DNA of 64,000 nucleotides from Paecilomyces variotii (lineage: Eukaryota): NCBI GenBank assembly GCA_004022145.1, contig RCNU01000012.1; one strand, given 5' to 3'. The notes under the pieces are model-generated. The model had not been told where the DNA came from and made no database searches. It saw only the letters and a program-made list of their open reading frames with translations. Numbering within the stretch: the stretch's first letter is position 1; every line of letters begins with the position of its first letter. The position numbers were made by a program, and so were the translations under genes. Of the stretch, positions 1-12,719 are shown piece after piece.

Positions 1-456
1 AACAATGGGCACAGTAAACTTCCCCGCCACAGTTTTGTTATCTCTCTCATTCTCTCTCTCTTCTTTTTTTCCTTTTCTTTTCTTCAATACATCAATAATT
101 ATATGTCTCTGTTGCCACATTCGATATCAGATTCGATGGCAGATTAGATGCTTTTCTTTCTTTTCTTTCTTCTTACCGTGCTATTATACAGCATTGTTTA
201 CATTACTTAATACCATTCACTTAATTTATTCAATAACTCAAAACCCTTTCGTTAATATGGCGTTCAACGTCAAATTTAATATTTCTTCCTGGGGGGCCGC
301 GGGGAACCAGAATCCAGCAGACAAACTGTGAGTTAACAGACATTTCAAAGTAACTCCTATACAGCGCGGAAAAACTAATGGCTAAATAGGGTCGGGATCC
401 ATCCCGACCGGCGCAGTCTGCATTGACGATCCTATTCATTCCTTTCCTCTTCGTGA

Positions 457-1010
457 AGCGATCTTACCAGCAGGGTAATGAACTCAGATCAGAGCTGGTA
501 GCCATCGACCCCGAGGGTGAACCTTTGAATACGATTTCATCTCTGCAGATACAGTGAGGTGGCTACTGTAGACGATGTGCGTCGTCAGGAATATCTCGAC
601 GTTCTGTATTGGATATCCAAACCACTCGACCAAAAAAAGAGGTCTCCTTTTGGTCATCCTGGATCCTGGATCTAGCATTCTATTTATGAGCAAAGAATGG
701 TCGATCATGAGGCTGGTAAGTTTCACGGATCTATGAAAGCATTGTGCTGTCCAGAAACTTCTGAGAAACTGCATATGATGGAGCGCTGTAGTTAACCATT
801 CCAAGATCCATGTTGCAGTCAACCTTTTGCCATTGCTTAAAAATGCCCCTGTGTTCCGACGTGTTCTGTCGGTATTCGACGCAGGCCTTGACGGCAAGGT
901 CGTGATTGACGATATGGACGGGAGAAAAAGCTCGCAACTCAGCCACCGGGGCAATTTTGCATCTACTTGCATTGGTCCAGCTGTGGGAAGAGGCGCCTCA
1001 GGTCTCCTGA
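457..1010 (+). pseudogene. Degraded short-chain dehydrogenase/reductase (fungal SDR) relic
   Basis: Collinear fragments in shifting frames: RSYQQGNELRSELVAIDPEGE / EYDFISADT / VATVDDVRRQ / (intron GTAAGT ~716 to CAG 754) ETSEKLHMM / AVVNHSKIHVAVNLLPLLKNAPVFRRVLSVFDAGLDGKVVIDDMDGRKSSQLSHRGNFAS / LVQLWEEAPQVS*. These match in order the fungal SDR pattern I recall (GRS..ADRIIAE...NPEG.Y.FIKADVS...VDEVC...TSEGLH...RFIVNLLPLL..AP.LRRVVSV...EG....D.....RGH.AS...LA..AP.VSF). Several frameshifts and stops; no N-terminal Rossmann motif found. Confidence 0.65.
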
Positions 1011-2730
1011 TGTGTTGAACTCAGCCTTTACAAGCCAATGTGTGGTTTCCTCGCGGTCATTGCTACGAAGTGGATGGCACTCAAGACATAGTTGGGGGAT
1101 GTGCTGTACTATGGGGACTTTTAAGAGAGTAACTGGCAAGGAGAGGCTGAAAGGCAGAGAACGTTCTCGTTAGCCAAAGAGCCCAGGATGGTTGTATGTA
1201 CTTGGTTGCTTCTGCGTGTTACTAATCTCACATTGCTGATTTTCTGGGCCGTGAATTGAACACGAAGCGCATAGCTGTAGCTACTATCTGTAAAAGCGGA
1301 AGCTAATAGCAGCTAAAATATTTACTCATCCCTTCATGATCTTCTGGTGCCGAATCTCAAGAATAGGACTGACGAATTCAATTCTCCCTACAACAGTATG
1401 AGTATTCCAGCAGGCGTGTAGCGGCAGCAAGCGGTCTTGAGACGCTCGAGGAGATCCCGACAGGCCCCAACAGGCTCTCTCGAGACGACTTGTCCTGTTT
1501 ACGTACAGGTATCGCAGCAGGCAATAGCGGGAACAGCGACGCTCCAGAGGATTGAGGTTTTGAACCACGCGTTGACCTAACAAAAGGATCCCACTGAGAT
1601 TCTCCCAACACCCTTGGTTGCTCCGACGAGATGAGCGACGGACGATACGATAAGAAATGAAATCCTGCCCCAACCTGGGTATTGGAATCTCGCATGGATT
1701 TCAGATCGCACCATCGTGGATGAAAGGCCTCGTTGGCTCTATTCTAGTCTTCCTTAATGCTGCGATGTCAGATTCTGAATCGCATATGCAATTTCCTACG
1801 CTCCTTATACTATAGATTAGCGAGTCGAAGTAGTTGGAATTGAGTCAAATCTCCACTTGTACGTATCCCGAGAACTGAATTGAAATGACCACTCATAGAC
1901 ACAAGTCGAGTTTCTTCTCGGTGATTAGAAAAGTCATCTCGGATGGAGTTTGTAGTTTTTTCTCTTTATCAAAGACAAGGCAAAACGGAGCGATGCATTA
2001 GGAACTCAGTTATCCTGGGTGACTCCGGTACATTCATAACTATGATCTGCTTAATCCTGTCACACGCTCATGTGAGGGAGGTTACGATGGTTATCTATGG
2101 GTAGTTACTAATTGCTATTCTTGTCTATTTTACCAGTTAATAACCAGGTGTCATGGAACTATCGGGGATAGGTATAGCATAAGGTATCGTCTAGATAGTA
2201 TCACTGTGCAGTTATATGCCTACCTAGCATCAACGATCTGGGCATGATATTTTGAAACTTGTGTATTCTATACGTTAATTGTCTATCTTCACCAGGCTCC
2301 ATTCTAAGACAGATAGGAACAAGTAGGATGGTCTATAAAACATGCAGAGTAAGATCAATGAAGAGCGAGTTCATCCGGATTTTGAAGTCAAGACTCCCGC
2401 CCCGTCAGGTCTGACCGACACGGTAGAATAATTACTCATACCAACGCTATCGAGAATTTAATACCGCCCCTTGAAAAGAAAAAAATTCTCTCGCGTCTCA
2501 AATACTTGCTCTTGATTAAAGTTCCGACCTTCGACACCAGTTCAAGTTGCGTGTTGTAGTAACTACTTCTACTTAACTACCTTGGTGGGGTTGGCCAACG
2601 CGAGAAGACGGGTTCGGGTTCCCCTCATCAGCAAGCGCCTTACCGTAGTTAAACTAACAGCTCCGTGTTAATTACCACCTGCAACCTACGTATCAACAAC
2701 GCAAAAAACACGAACAGCCAATATCCCAAG

Positions 2731-3309
2731 ATGTCGATTCCCAACGAAGCGCTCCAGAAGGTACGTCGGAACATGAAACCGTCCCCAGGGAGGTAGGTAC
2801 ACATGTTATTTTTAGTCTCAGCGGCTAAGATTCGTGCGTGGCTACAGTTGGTGCAGGAGATCGAGTCGCGAGCCATCGTCTCGCAGCAGCAGCTTGGGCT
2901 CGTGAAGGCCCAGATCGGCGCGAAGCAGCGGGATATTCGTCTCTTGGAACTTACATCTACTGAGCTTGGTGGGCTACCGAAGGAGACGAATGTGTACGAG
3001 GGCGTGGGAAAGATGTGAGTGATTTGGGCACACTCGGTGGTGGTGGTGGTGGTGGTCGCGATTGGCGATCCTGGAGAAACTCCGGATCCAAGCTGGTGAA
3101 CGAAAGACTGACAGGCCGGTTCTGGCGATCGTTTTTGTAGGTTCGTAGCTACGCCGATCTCGAGCGTCAACAAGCGTCTGGAGAGCGAGACGAGGGAATT
3201 GAAGACGGATATAACGGATCTGGAGAAGAAGCTACACTACCTCGAGACGACGCACAAGAACAGCGTGGATAATATCGATCAGATTCTGAAGTCTGGAGGG
3301 AGGGCGTAA
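2731..3309 (+). CDS. PFD1: Prefoldin subunit 1
   Basis: Exons 2731-2760, 2848-3014, 3141-3309, GT-AG introns. Protein MSIPNEALQKLVQEIESRAIVSQQQL...LPKETNVYEGVGKMFVATP...LEKKLHYLETTHKNSVDNIDQILKSGGRA*, with the beta-prefoldin VYEGVGKMF signature. Confidence 0.93.
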
Positions 3310-5555
3310 AATCAAGCTATGAGCTACGAGACATGTCTCGTTCTTTCAGAAAGGGCTGGTGTTTCTCTGGCTGGGATGACGAGTTGAGGTCAAAACTCCA
3401 TCCAAGCTGTACTACCGTGACCTTTCCACGTGCTTTCCACCCAGGAGAGGGTGCTCGTGGATCAAAATCTCAGATTCAAAATGAGAGAAAAAACAGCCGT
3501 TGGCGATGGTCAAGTACTTGTCTTGTCTGGGAGTCAGGAAACCACACTCGAGGCGACTTGACCGTCTTCAATGCAAATTATAGGATAGCCCCGCCTTATT
3601 GCCGACCAGCAATACCGGGCGGGCCATACTCTTTTTTCCCATCATATTCCCAATGTGGGAACGTTGTATGTATATAGCATTAGAAGCCTCACGAAAAGAT
3701 ACTCCAGAATAGCTGCCCAGAGCTCGCCACCGGCTTGTCTCGCCTTATCAGCAGCGAGATCCGGTGTGCTTGCTTTTGGGTCATCTGCATGTTGCAAGAA
3801 GAGGTTGAATCGGGCAGCAAGATGGTTGGTTCGGTCCACAGTCACGCCTTTCGGTCAGTCGCGCCGACGGGATATCATACTCTTGGTAGAACACCAGAGA
3901 ACCGCCTCATGTGGTTCACGAAAGTGGCCTTGTCTGTTTTCAGGCGCTGGGAGAAAAAATATCAAACCACGTGTTGTTGGGCCAGCTTGCTGAGTGCCTT
4001 GTTTCCACGGTCATGATTCGAATGGATGATCACTGGCTATATGAAATGTTTCTTAATGTAGAATATACGTAAAACCAGCCACAACGATGTTCTGTATCAA
4101 TCAAGAGCAGAAAAACCTACAGATAGATACACCTTGAAACACTCCCCCCTGCAGGAGGCGAAGAGCAAGATTCACTCAGAAAGTAGATTAGATACCCTAA
4201 GCGCCGTCCTCCAAGGTATTACAGCGCCAGGGCGAACCTAATAATCGTCATTTTACCTAGATACCCAACGTGAGTGGACGAAAGGGAAAGGATCGGGCTA
4301 TCCCAGTAACTTAGTTACTGCTGTCTCTGAAAAAGGACATGATCGACTTAAGGTACCGGGAGGATGTTCTTCTAAGTTGTTCTTTTCTAATTCGCATACT
4401 CGGAAAGAAGGGTATGTGCGGAGTGGTTGGTTATTATTATTACTGTTCTGTGCATCCAACAAATAGTTACTTAATAGCTAGGATGCACTCACTCAACATG
4501 TGTGTAAGTACTGTAGATCTACCCATGCGGCGAAACATCAACATGTAGGACAAGACAGAAAACAGCAGAAAAAAGAGAAAAGGTCTGCGCCACTGTACGT
4601 ACCTTAGGAGTAGGTACTTATTTTACTGGAGGTATATTCTACCATAAGCGCCTCTACGGCCCAATACGATCTTAGATTATGACTCCTGCGACACTGCCCT
4701 GTAAGTGGACCAGCCTTCGGCGCCATGAACCCGTTTCATAATCTCACGATTGCTCGATCGTCAATAACGGATGGAGCCCGATATCTAAGTAGTGGTTCAG
4801 TTGGTTAGTTGGACAGCGAACGCCTCTTCTCGAACCGCTGGCCAGCTCGACGATCGACTGTTCCGATCTCCATAGCCCATACGGAGTACTTACTCCTCGC
4901 TGGCACTAATGATCACTCTCGAACTATCGAGTAGGCACATAAGAAGCCTCATTCCCAGCGGGAAAGAAGAAAAAGGGATCGGTCTTCTGCCCCCATGCCC
5001 ATTTTATCGTGTCACCACCCCCTCCCATTCTTCTTATTGCCCCATTGCCCACCCGCCGCAAAGTCCAGCTGAGCCGGTCCAGATACGAGCAGACGACCCC
5101 GCCATTGTATTATTACTTACTCTACGACGACTTTCGCATCTTTTCTTTTCTTTTTCATTTCCCCCTTCTGCCTTTTTCGTGCGTGTGTGATCTTCTCCCG
5201 CTAGATCCCACACAATAAAAAAAAAGAAGAATATCTTTCATCGCGAAACCTTGATCTGCCTCGGTCTTTGTTGTTGTCTGCCCTGCTGTGCTGTCCGCCC
5301 CCACATCTGCATCCGCAACTGCACCCAACCCGTCCGAGGAGAAACTGGACCAACGCTCTCTCTCAGGGCTTTCGGACGGTCCGTTGTGACTGGAGGGGAT
5401 CCAGGTCAAATAGATAATAAATAGACCGCTGATCGCATCCCCCCCGTCTTCTTGAAGTTGGGGTGTGATTCTTTAAAACCGCCAGGCCAGGAGGGATAGT
5501 TAAAAGATACGGAGTACCTTCTATCTCAGGCAACAATCATCACCGGAGATCCAAG

Positions 5556-7087
5556 ATGGCGAGGAGATACTCCTATTCCGAGTCATCGGAATCCGAGTAC
5601 AGTGAGACGGATGAGTCTATCGATATCCCCTTCCCCAGGAAGAGGGTGGTCTACCGCCGACGCTCCATATCACGACACCGTGCCAGTCCAGATCTCTCCA
5701 ATACCTATCTGAGCCCCGGTGTCCATATCCACCGTTCGGTATCGACGGGGCCCCGACGACGGAAGGAGGAGCCACCAACGCTCGTTGTCGATATCAATAA
5801 TGACGTCCGGAATCGCGCTAAGAGCAAGACTCGTCTCTCCCGTAAAGACACTCTGTACGATGACTCGGAAGAAGAGACTCGACAGAAACATCGACGGCCG
5901 CGGGCACGCACCACCACCCGCGTGCCGTCTCCGCCGGTTCGTGATTGGGAAATGATGGTGGACCAACGGATCCTGGCGAAGAATGACGCACGTCAGGATC
6001 TCGAGTTGAACCGACTCGAGCAAGAGATTGCACGGCTCGAGCGGGAGGTTGCCCGGCGGACCGCGGAGGTGCGTCTCCTGAGACCGGGAGAGGATCGATA
6101 CGAAGAGGAGACGGGCCGAATAAAGAAGCTGGAGAAGTGGGAAAAGAAACTGGAGGAAGCGCGCCGCGAAGCGGAATGGCGGGAGAAGATCAAACGGCGT
6201 GAGGAGAAGGAAGAATCCCATCGCGAGGCCGAGCTGCGGGAGGAATTGAAGAAATACAAGGAGAGAGAGGCAGCCCGTCGCGAAGCGGAATGGCAGGAGA
6301 AGCTGAAGAAGTATGAAGAAAAGGAGGCAGCCGAGGCCGAAAAGGAGCGCATCATCAAAGAGCTCCGCGATGCAGAGGCCCGCAAACTGCTGGAAGAGCA
6401 GGAACGCCAGAGGGAGCTTGCAAAGCTCAAAGCAGAAGCCATCGAAGAGTATAAGGCAAAAGAACTGGAGCGGATGGAACAGGAAAGGAAGGAGAAGGAG
6501 GAAAAAGAGAGATATTTCCGAGAGAGGCTAAAGGAACTGGGTTACGTCGAAGAGCAGATTGATAGCCTGGTTATCAACAAGGATAAGGAGAGCCGACGAA
6601 AGGAGGAGAACAAGACGACGTGGGTCAAGGTGAGAGGCCGAATCTACTTATCGTCATGGCTTCACTGTCCTGGATATGCTAACATCATCGTCTCAACTTC
6701 CAGGTCCACCGCAAATACCTCCTTCCTGAGACCTTGGATGCCTTCAACCTGCCATGGGAATGGGACAAAGTACGTCAATAACGCCCCAGTCCGATCCCAA
6801 TCTTTTTTCTTCCAGTGAAATGCTGAAGCGATCGCAATCTGCTTCTGGTATGGAACCATACTGACCCTTCACAGAACGACAGGAACTACATCCTGATCAA
6901 AGAGTACATCTCCGAAGAAGTGCAGGAGGAACTCTTCGCCCACACCGAGCGCATTCGCGGCGGAAGAAAACTCATCGAACACACCTCCAGCTCCCAAGTC
7001 GAGCTCAAAATCCCCGAAAAGGGCAACAAAGACAAGATGTATCTCGTTCGCAAGAAGAGCCCCAGGCGATCGTGGATCTTCACGTGA
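5556..7087 (+). CDS. Hypothetical protein: Arg/Ser-rich N-terminus, long E/K/R charged helical region, conserved-looking fungal C-terminal domain (DUF8035-like, from memory)
   Basis: Exons 5556-6629, 6704-6769, 6875-7087 with canonical splice signals. The spliced tail reads TTWVKVHRKYLLPETLDAFNLPWEWDKNDRNYILIKEYISEEVQEELFAHTERIR...KDKMYLVRKKSPRRSWIFT*. Confidence 0.8.
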
Positions 7088-7768
7088 GCTGAATCCGGGG
7101 ATGCGGAAAAAGGGAAAAGAGAGCCACAAAAGCTTGGACGCAGTGGAGATTGATTCTGTATTTTGGATTCCGTCGCCGCTTTCCCCCACTTTCCCCATAC
7201 TGAGTCTTTTGTTTCTGCTCAAGCATGCGTGATGTTTATCAGAATGCCGGCATTCGATTTTAGCTGTCTCTTTTTGTTGTCTTATTCTTTTTGGTTTGCG
7301 AGTATAAGAATGTCTCTGGGGATTCGGACTATATACCACCCATCTGACGAAGTTAGTGACGATTGTTGATACCACGATGAAATGAATGGCCTGTCTTGAG
7401 TTGATTGTAATGTTATGGCTGTTTCTCTCTTCGTTTAGATGCTTTGCTTCATTCTGCTGAAGCCTGACAAATCAATGACCTGACGAGTAGAGTTGTGATC
7501 TCACATTCCTTGCTTAACGTTACCCAAGGGGATATCAATAAAGTCCAGTACGCAGTAACTTCAAAGCAACAAAAGGAAATAACAATCGCGACGTCCATAC
7601 AGCGCCATTCCAATATGGTTGTACATATATAGGTTCTGCATCATCATAATCATCGTACATACGACATACAGGGAAAAACAGCGGTTCCGCGAACCTGCAT
7701 AGAACTCTCATATATATGAGTCTCCTGGTCCCACTCAGTACTTATCATATCACCGCCTGAGGCCCACC

Positions 7769-8831
7769 TTATAGACTCATCTTTTGTTCATTCAGTGCCC
7801 AGCGATTTTCCGCTCGCAGGATCAGTTCTTCGTATACCGTCCACGCAAGGGCCGAGCTAAGTGCCTTCCTCGCCATCCGGAGACCCAATCCGCCAAACAA
7901 ACTACGCACTCCGTCCTCCTGGATCATCAATCGCGTTGCGCGTAGCATGTTCCCATACTTGCCAGGCATGAGCTGTAAACGGGTCTTGACAGCATCGAAA
8001 GGGTTAGTTATGGCGGTTGCGAGACCAGCGGCCATGGCACCCGAGGCGAAGTTGATCGATGGGGAAGAGGACGAGAGAGGGATGGCCCCTCCGCTCGAAT
8101 CGATCAGACCAGCGAGGCGTCGCTTCGACTGCTCGTAGAAAACAACGTAGAGTCCAGCGTAGGGGGCATCCCGGACAGCGGTCGCCCCAAATCCGGCAAA
8201 CAGACCACGGAAGCCTTCAGTGCGCACGATGTCGCGGGCTGCCCCAAGCAGACTGCGATAGGCATAGTAGTCGGACTCGTAGCGCACCTTGAGTACGGTT
8301 ACGGGCATCATAACAAACCCTGCAGCCACTCGGGCGACAGCACCCGTGGCCAGGTTCGCCGTGTTGGAGAGTTTAGGGAGCGCAGATGAGCGGGCACCTG
8401 CTTGGGAATTCCCATGTTCGGGATTGGCAAGGACGCCGGGGGGCCCAGCTTGCGCGATGCCCTGACGCAGGGCATTGAGGGATGTGAAGTATAGGGCGGA
8501 TCCGAAACCAGTTCGGAGTGCAGACGGCAGAGTACCGCGCCAGAGACTGCGGATGGGGTGTGGAGAGGAGAGTATGGCGTTAAGGGTTGTACGAAGGGAG
8601 GCGGTCTTTCGAGACTGCTGAACGCGTGTCTTGAGCAGGTCCGCAGGTTGGAGGAGGATCGAGGAAGTCAGTCCTGAGAGGAGGCCGGCTGCAAAATGAA
8701 AGGTTGTTTTGGAGGCTGCAGAGAGGGTCAGTCAGTCCATTGCATAATAACAATGCAGTCCTTGAAAGACACGTACATGTCGACGTCTTCAATTGCGACC
8801 CCGCAGGGGATCCATTCGACATTTCTGCCAT
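7769..8831 (-). CDS. HEM25: Mitochondrial glycine carrier (SLC25A38/Hem25)
   Basis: Exons 8831-8777 and 8715-7769 (start may be 8822). [41 protein letters not shown] and [11 protein letters not shown] are the three Px[DE]xx[KR]-type carrier repeats; RDAPYAGLY is typical of SLC25A38. Confidence 0.92.
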
Positions 8832-9565
8832 CCGCTTCTGCGCTTCTGCAGCAGCTGGTATCGTCATGAGGATGAAAAACGAAAGAAGGATAAGTTGAAA
8901 TTCAAATGACAGTTGACGATAGCATAACTCCGCAATGGCAATAACAAGGTCGAAGAATCATCAATGAGCAAGAAAAACGCCAACCACCCTGATGTTTTTA
9001 ACCGACACTTCAATTCGTACTGATAGCCGGCCACATCCTGGGACCGATAAATGATCAAGAGAATGAAAGGGCGAGCGAGTGCAGCAAAATGAAAAGACGG
9101 TCGGGGAAGCTGGCGGTAGCAACGGGTTCTTAACAAAAAGTGGACGATCTGCAGTGAAGTCATCAGCAGCGGGATCGCCCTTATTGGTTGCGGATCCGGA
9201 GCCGCCGGCTGTTCGCTTTTGGTTTAGTCAGCTCACTGGACAGCTTCATGTCTTTAGCTTCATGTCTTTACCACTACTATCTATGGCAGAGTGCTCCTAG
9301 GGAGCCAATGTATACAGTCAAACTTAGTTGCAAACTTATCTAGTTCCAAAGATCACACAATTACATGCTCTCCATGACCAAGGTTATCACCTACTAGGTA
9401 CATACATACCTTAGGTAGCTACCATAATGTGTCATTCTTTCGGCCTATCTGCAATAGATTAGCTTCCATGTATTATTCTTCTGACTCTCCCTCGATCCAT
9501 CTGCCGCTTTTCTGTGTCGACGCTCTCTATCACCTCTATCCACCATCTTTAAAACGTTCGAGAAC

Positions 9566-10649
9566 ATGGGATTCTTTGCGTCTCTCGGGTAGGGTCGGAA
9601 GTTAAGTTCACGGGTGCCAATCCGTCCACATGGACGCTCGTCAAGAAGATGAGCGAGAGGGACGACCAAGATGATGAAGATCAATACCAAGAAGACCCGG
9701 CTCCTTCTTCAGCATGGGCCCTTTTTCAATGTAGAGAGAACAATAACAGCAACAACACAGCAATCATGAAGATATACATGCAGTCAGTTTCCCTCCTTTT
9801 GCATAGCTCATTAGGCTGTGTTGGAGCTCTTCGTCCCTAGCAGTAGGCTGTTCCTAGAGACAATTATTTGTTGACTTGTCGGTCGAACGGTGTTCAGAAA
9901 TAGTGACCTGGATTTAGAATTCCATACGCAGGTTCAGAATTTGAATTACCAGCAGTTAGACGACGGCAAGCCGACGGTTTCGATCGTTTTGCGCATAACG
10001 AGTTTACGTCTCTAAAGACTTTAACGAGCAATCAATGCAAATCAACCCCATCACTCCTTGACTATAAAGATGAGAAGCAAGACGACTTTGGACCAGTCCC
10101 GGGTGGGTTCATTTTGTATCTGTTGATGAATGAGCTGCCGGGTGTTCGCCTCACGGATGACTTTTGGAACTTGGAAAGAGCCGAGCGTGATAAGATCCGC
10201 CAGTCATTCAAGGCTGCATGGGAGTATGTATCGCCCTTACTAACCTCTATTGCTCTATCTCCCTCTCCCTTTCTGTTCGTCTGTCTGTCTGCAAGGGACC
10301 AAGCTTTTCCTCTGGCGTCTATCATGGCTAATAAGTATTTTGCGTTAATATAGGGATTGCGTTCGATGCGGTGTCTACAAATTCGGGGCTGACATCTCGA
10401 ATCTACTTTGGGATAAACATCGAGAAAAAATGTATGCTTTTTCTTTGTCAAGTCCTCTTCATATTGGCTGACTTATGCTTTGATAATAACAGTTACATCG
10501 TGGGTTTTCAGATGAGCCGCCCCTCAAGACCTGAAGATGTCTGGTGTGATGTCTGATGGCTCACATGGGGCTTAGCGAAGGGACAGCCAGGTTATCGGTC
10601 GTACAAAGAGGTTCCAAAGACCTCGGATACCTCTAAGTGGACAATGTGA
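9566..10649 (+). pseudogene. Pseudogene of a fungal protein-kinase-like family gene (4 exons)
   Basis: Exons ~9566-9782, 9918-10223, 10354-10431, 10493-10649 splice in frame: ...VGSEVKFTGANPSTWTLVKKMSE...AIMKIYMQIPYAGSEF...HNEFTSLKTLTSNQCKSTPSLLDYKDEKQDDFGPVPGGFILYLLMNELPGVRLTDDFW...ISNLLWDKHREKIYIVGFQ...VWCDV*WLTWGLAK...SKWTM*. ATG 9566 is out of frame with the rest (1-nt loss near 9579) and there is an in-frame TGA at 10554-10556. Confidence 0.75.
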
Positions 10650-11075
10650 ATGTGATTCTGTAGCTCAACCCCCATGCGGAAAACTTCCCCCCTTTAACTG
10701 ATGTTTCGAATGCTATTGCTTTCACGCTATGATTCTGGCAGGTCAAAAAAGAATCTGCGGTACTCATATGATTTTCTAATTAGCGTGCAGCAATGGTGAT
10801 TTGGCATTCCCATTGTTTTGTCCGGATGGTACCGACACAGATCGTGGTGCCCATTTCAAGCAAGATCCAGTCAGTAACATTAATCCCATGAACAATCGAC
10901 TAACTACCGCGCAAGTGCTTAAGTATGCCTCGTCAAGATAAAAATAGCATCCGATCCAACCAACACTATCACTAATCATACCATGAAAGACAATCCCTAC
11001 ACCAAGGAAAAGCCCCAATTTCTCAAACAAGTCATGCCAAGCTCCCTACCCATACAACTAATATTCCCTTCTTTC

Positions 11076-12367
11076 TCAGTACTGCACAGAAGCGCGCATC
11101 CGGTTATAATCCGCCTGCGTGATCGGTTCGTATTTGGCGGGATTCTGCTCGCTCATACAAGCAGGAATACACTCAATCAGAGACGTAGGATCCGGGCTGA
11201 GAAAATATGGAATCGAGTATCGCTCTCGAGTCATTCGATTTGGTCCCTCCAAACGGTCAGAGAGCGGCGGTAGGGCGACACGGTGGTTGGTGGAGCGTAG
11301 AGAATCTAGTTATCGTATTAAGTATTTAGTTCTGGACGAACTAAAACAAATAAAATAAAAAATAAAAAGAGAGGAGGGGTAATATTAAGCATACCATTAC
11401 TCCACATCTGCAACAAATCACCCACATTCATAATAATCGCATTCTTAACCGGCGTTGCGGACACGAAAGTCCCTGGATTAGTGATATCTTCAACTTCCAA
11501 ACCACCGCAGTCATCCTGAAATAGCATCGTGATAGTACTCCAGTCCGTATGCGCGGGACAGCGTGCCATTCTCTGGCTCTCAAGTTCCTCCGCAGGCACC
11601 GGTGGGTAGTGTAGCAGACGAATCTGGTTGTTATGGCCCGAGTGTTTCTTCAGGATGTAATCCTCATCGTTGTCGAGGCCGAGACCCAAGGCTATGGCAC
11701 GCAGAATCTCTCCGCCCACTTTGAAACACTTCCAGTAAAATGCGTTCATGAAATTTCGGAATCCAGGAATGACTTCGTCTGGGATCCACTGGTTTGGCTG
11801 ATCGGGATTATTCTCACTGCCAATATCGAAGCTCTCCTGAGAATCATGTTAGCACACACCGTCAAACACGCAATCATAAAAAAAAAAAAAGGCGCAGCAA
11901 TCTCCCCACAGAAAAGCAGATACCTTGGAAACCAAATACCCTACCTTACAATCAACAACCTCCCTCAACTTCTTCACCAATTCCTCATCCCCATTACCAC
12001 TACCCTCTCCCCGAGTCTTTTCCTGCGACACCTTCTCCAACCCCGGCCACGAATATCCTCTATGCACAGCCCATCCTTCCGGATGCGGTGCCTTCATCTT
12101 ATCTTCGTGGCTGAGTGAAAATAGCTTCTTTGACCAGTCGAAGGCTTCTTCAAGTAATGTCTCTGCAAGTCCGTGGTTGATGATGTAGACGAATCCGACG
12201 TCTTTACAGGCGCTGACGAGTTCTTGTGCCACGCGGAGACGGGCCTCGGGATTATCATCTTTCCATAAGGAGAAGTCGATGGTTGGGATCTTGAAGGTGG
12301 ATGTGGATGAGGAGGAGAGGTTGGTGCCGTTGATGGTGGCTTGGTTAGATGTGTTTGGAGATAGCAT
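11076..12367 (-). CDS. 2-oxoglutarate/Fe(II)-dependent dioxygenase (IPNS/DIOX_N family)
   Basis: Exons 12367-11945, 11836-11395, 11305-11076. IPTIDFS...GFVYIINHG N-domain, iron triad H-T-D (AHTDWS) plus H (STNHRV), and 2OG-binding R-Y-S (ERYSIPYF). Substrate cannot be inferred. Confidence 0.92.
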
Positions 12368-12719
12368 CTTGGGTCGGATAGAGAGGGTGTGTGTTGATTC
12401 GCATATGATAGCAGAATGGCAGAGTTGAATTTGATATGTCTTTAGTTCTCGATTCGCTTTTTAGTCACTGAGACTTCGAAAGATAGTTCACCACTTATAT
12501 ATATAGAATATCTTCACTTCATAATCAGTCTTATTGTCTCGACACAGTGAGCACAAGAAAACACATGCATGCATGTCTGCCGTATAATACTCACACTCTA
12601 TAATTACCCAAGTTCAAGCTTCTCGAATCGAGACTCAACGACGAGAACCAGAACTTAAAAAGAAGGGTTCCATAAGACTTTCGAGATTCAACTCCTTCGA
12701 TCGTTGGTTTTAATACCTA

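Noticed and set aside
1..331. 108-aa plus-strand ORF at the window start
   Set aside because: Low-complexity F/S/L product from a CT/AT-rich tract with no motif. More likely UTR or promoter of a gene outside the window.
1320..1800. Overlapping 105-115 aa minus-strand ORFs, possible gene relic
   Set aside because: No recognisable family in any frame I translated and no consistent splice structure.
3333..4016. Several 67-114 aa ORFs downstream of PFD1
   Set aside because: No motifs or convincing exon structure; consistent with chance ORFs.
7657..7695. ACATACGACATACAGGGAAAAACAGCGGTTCC, resembling the 5' end of fungal 5S rRNA
   Set aside because: Similarity needs gaps and stops after ~35 nt; no box C or complementary 3' end. 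Probably chance within the HEM25 3' region.
7707..7720. 14-bp palindrome CTCATATATATGAG
   Set aside because: Mostly an AT dinucleotide run; common in fungal terminator regions.
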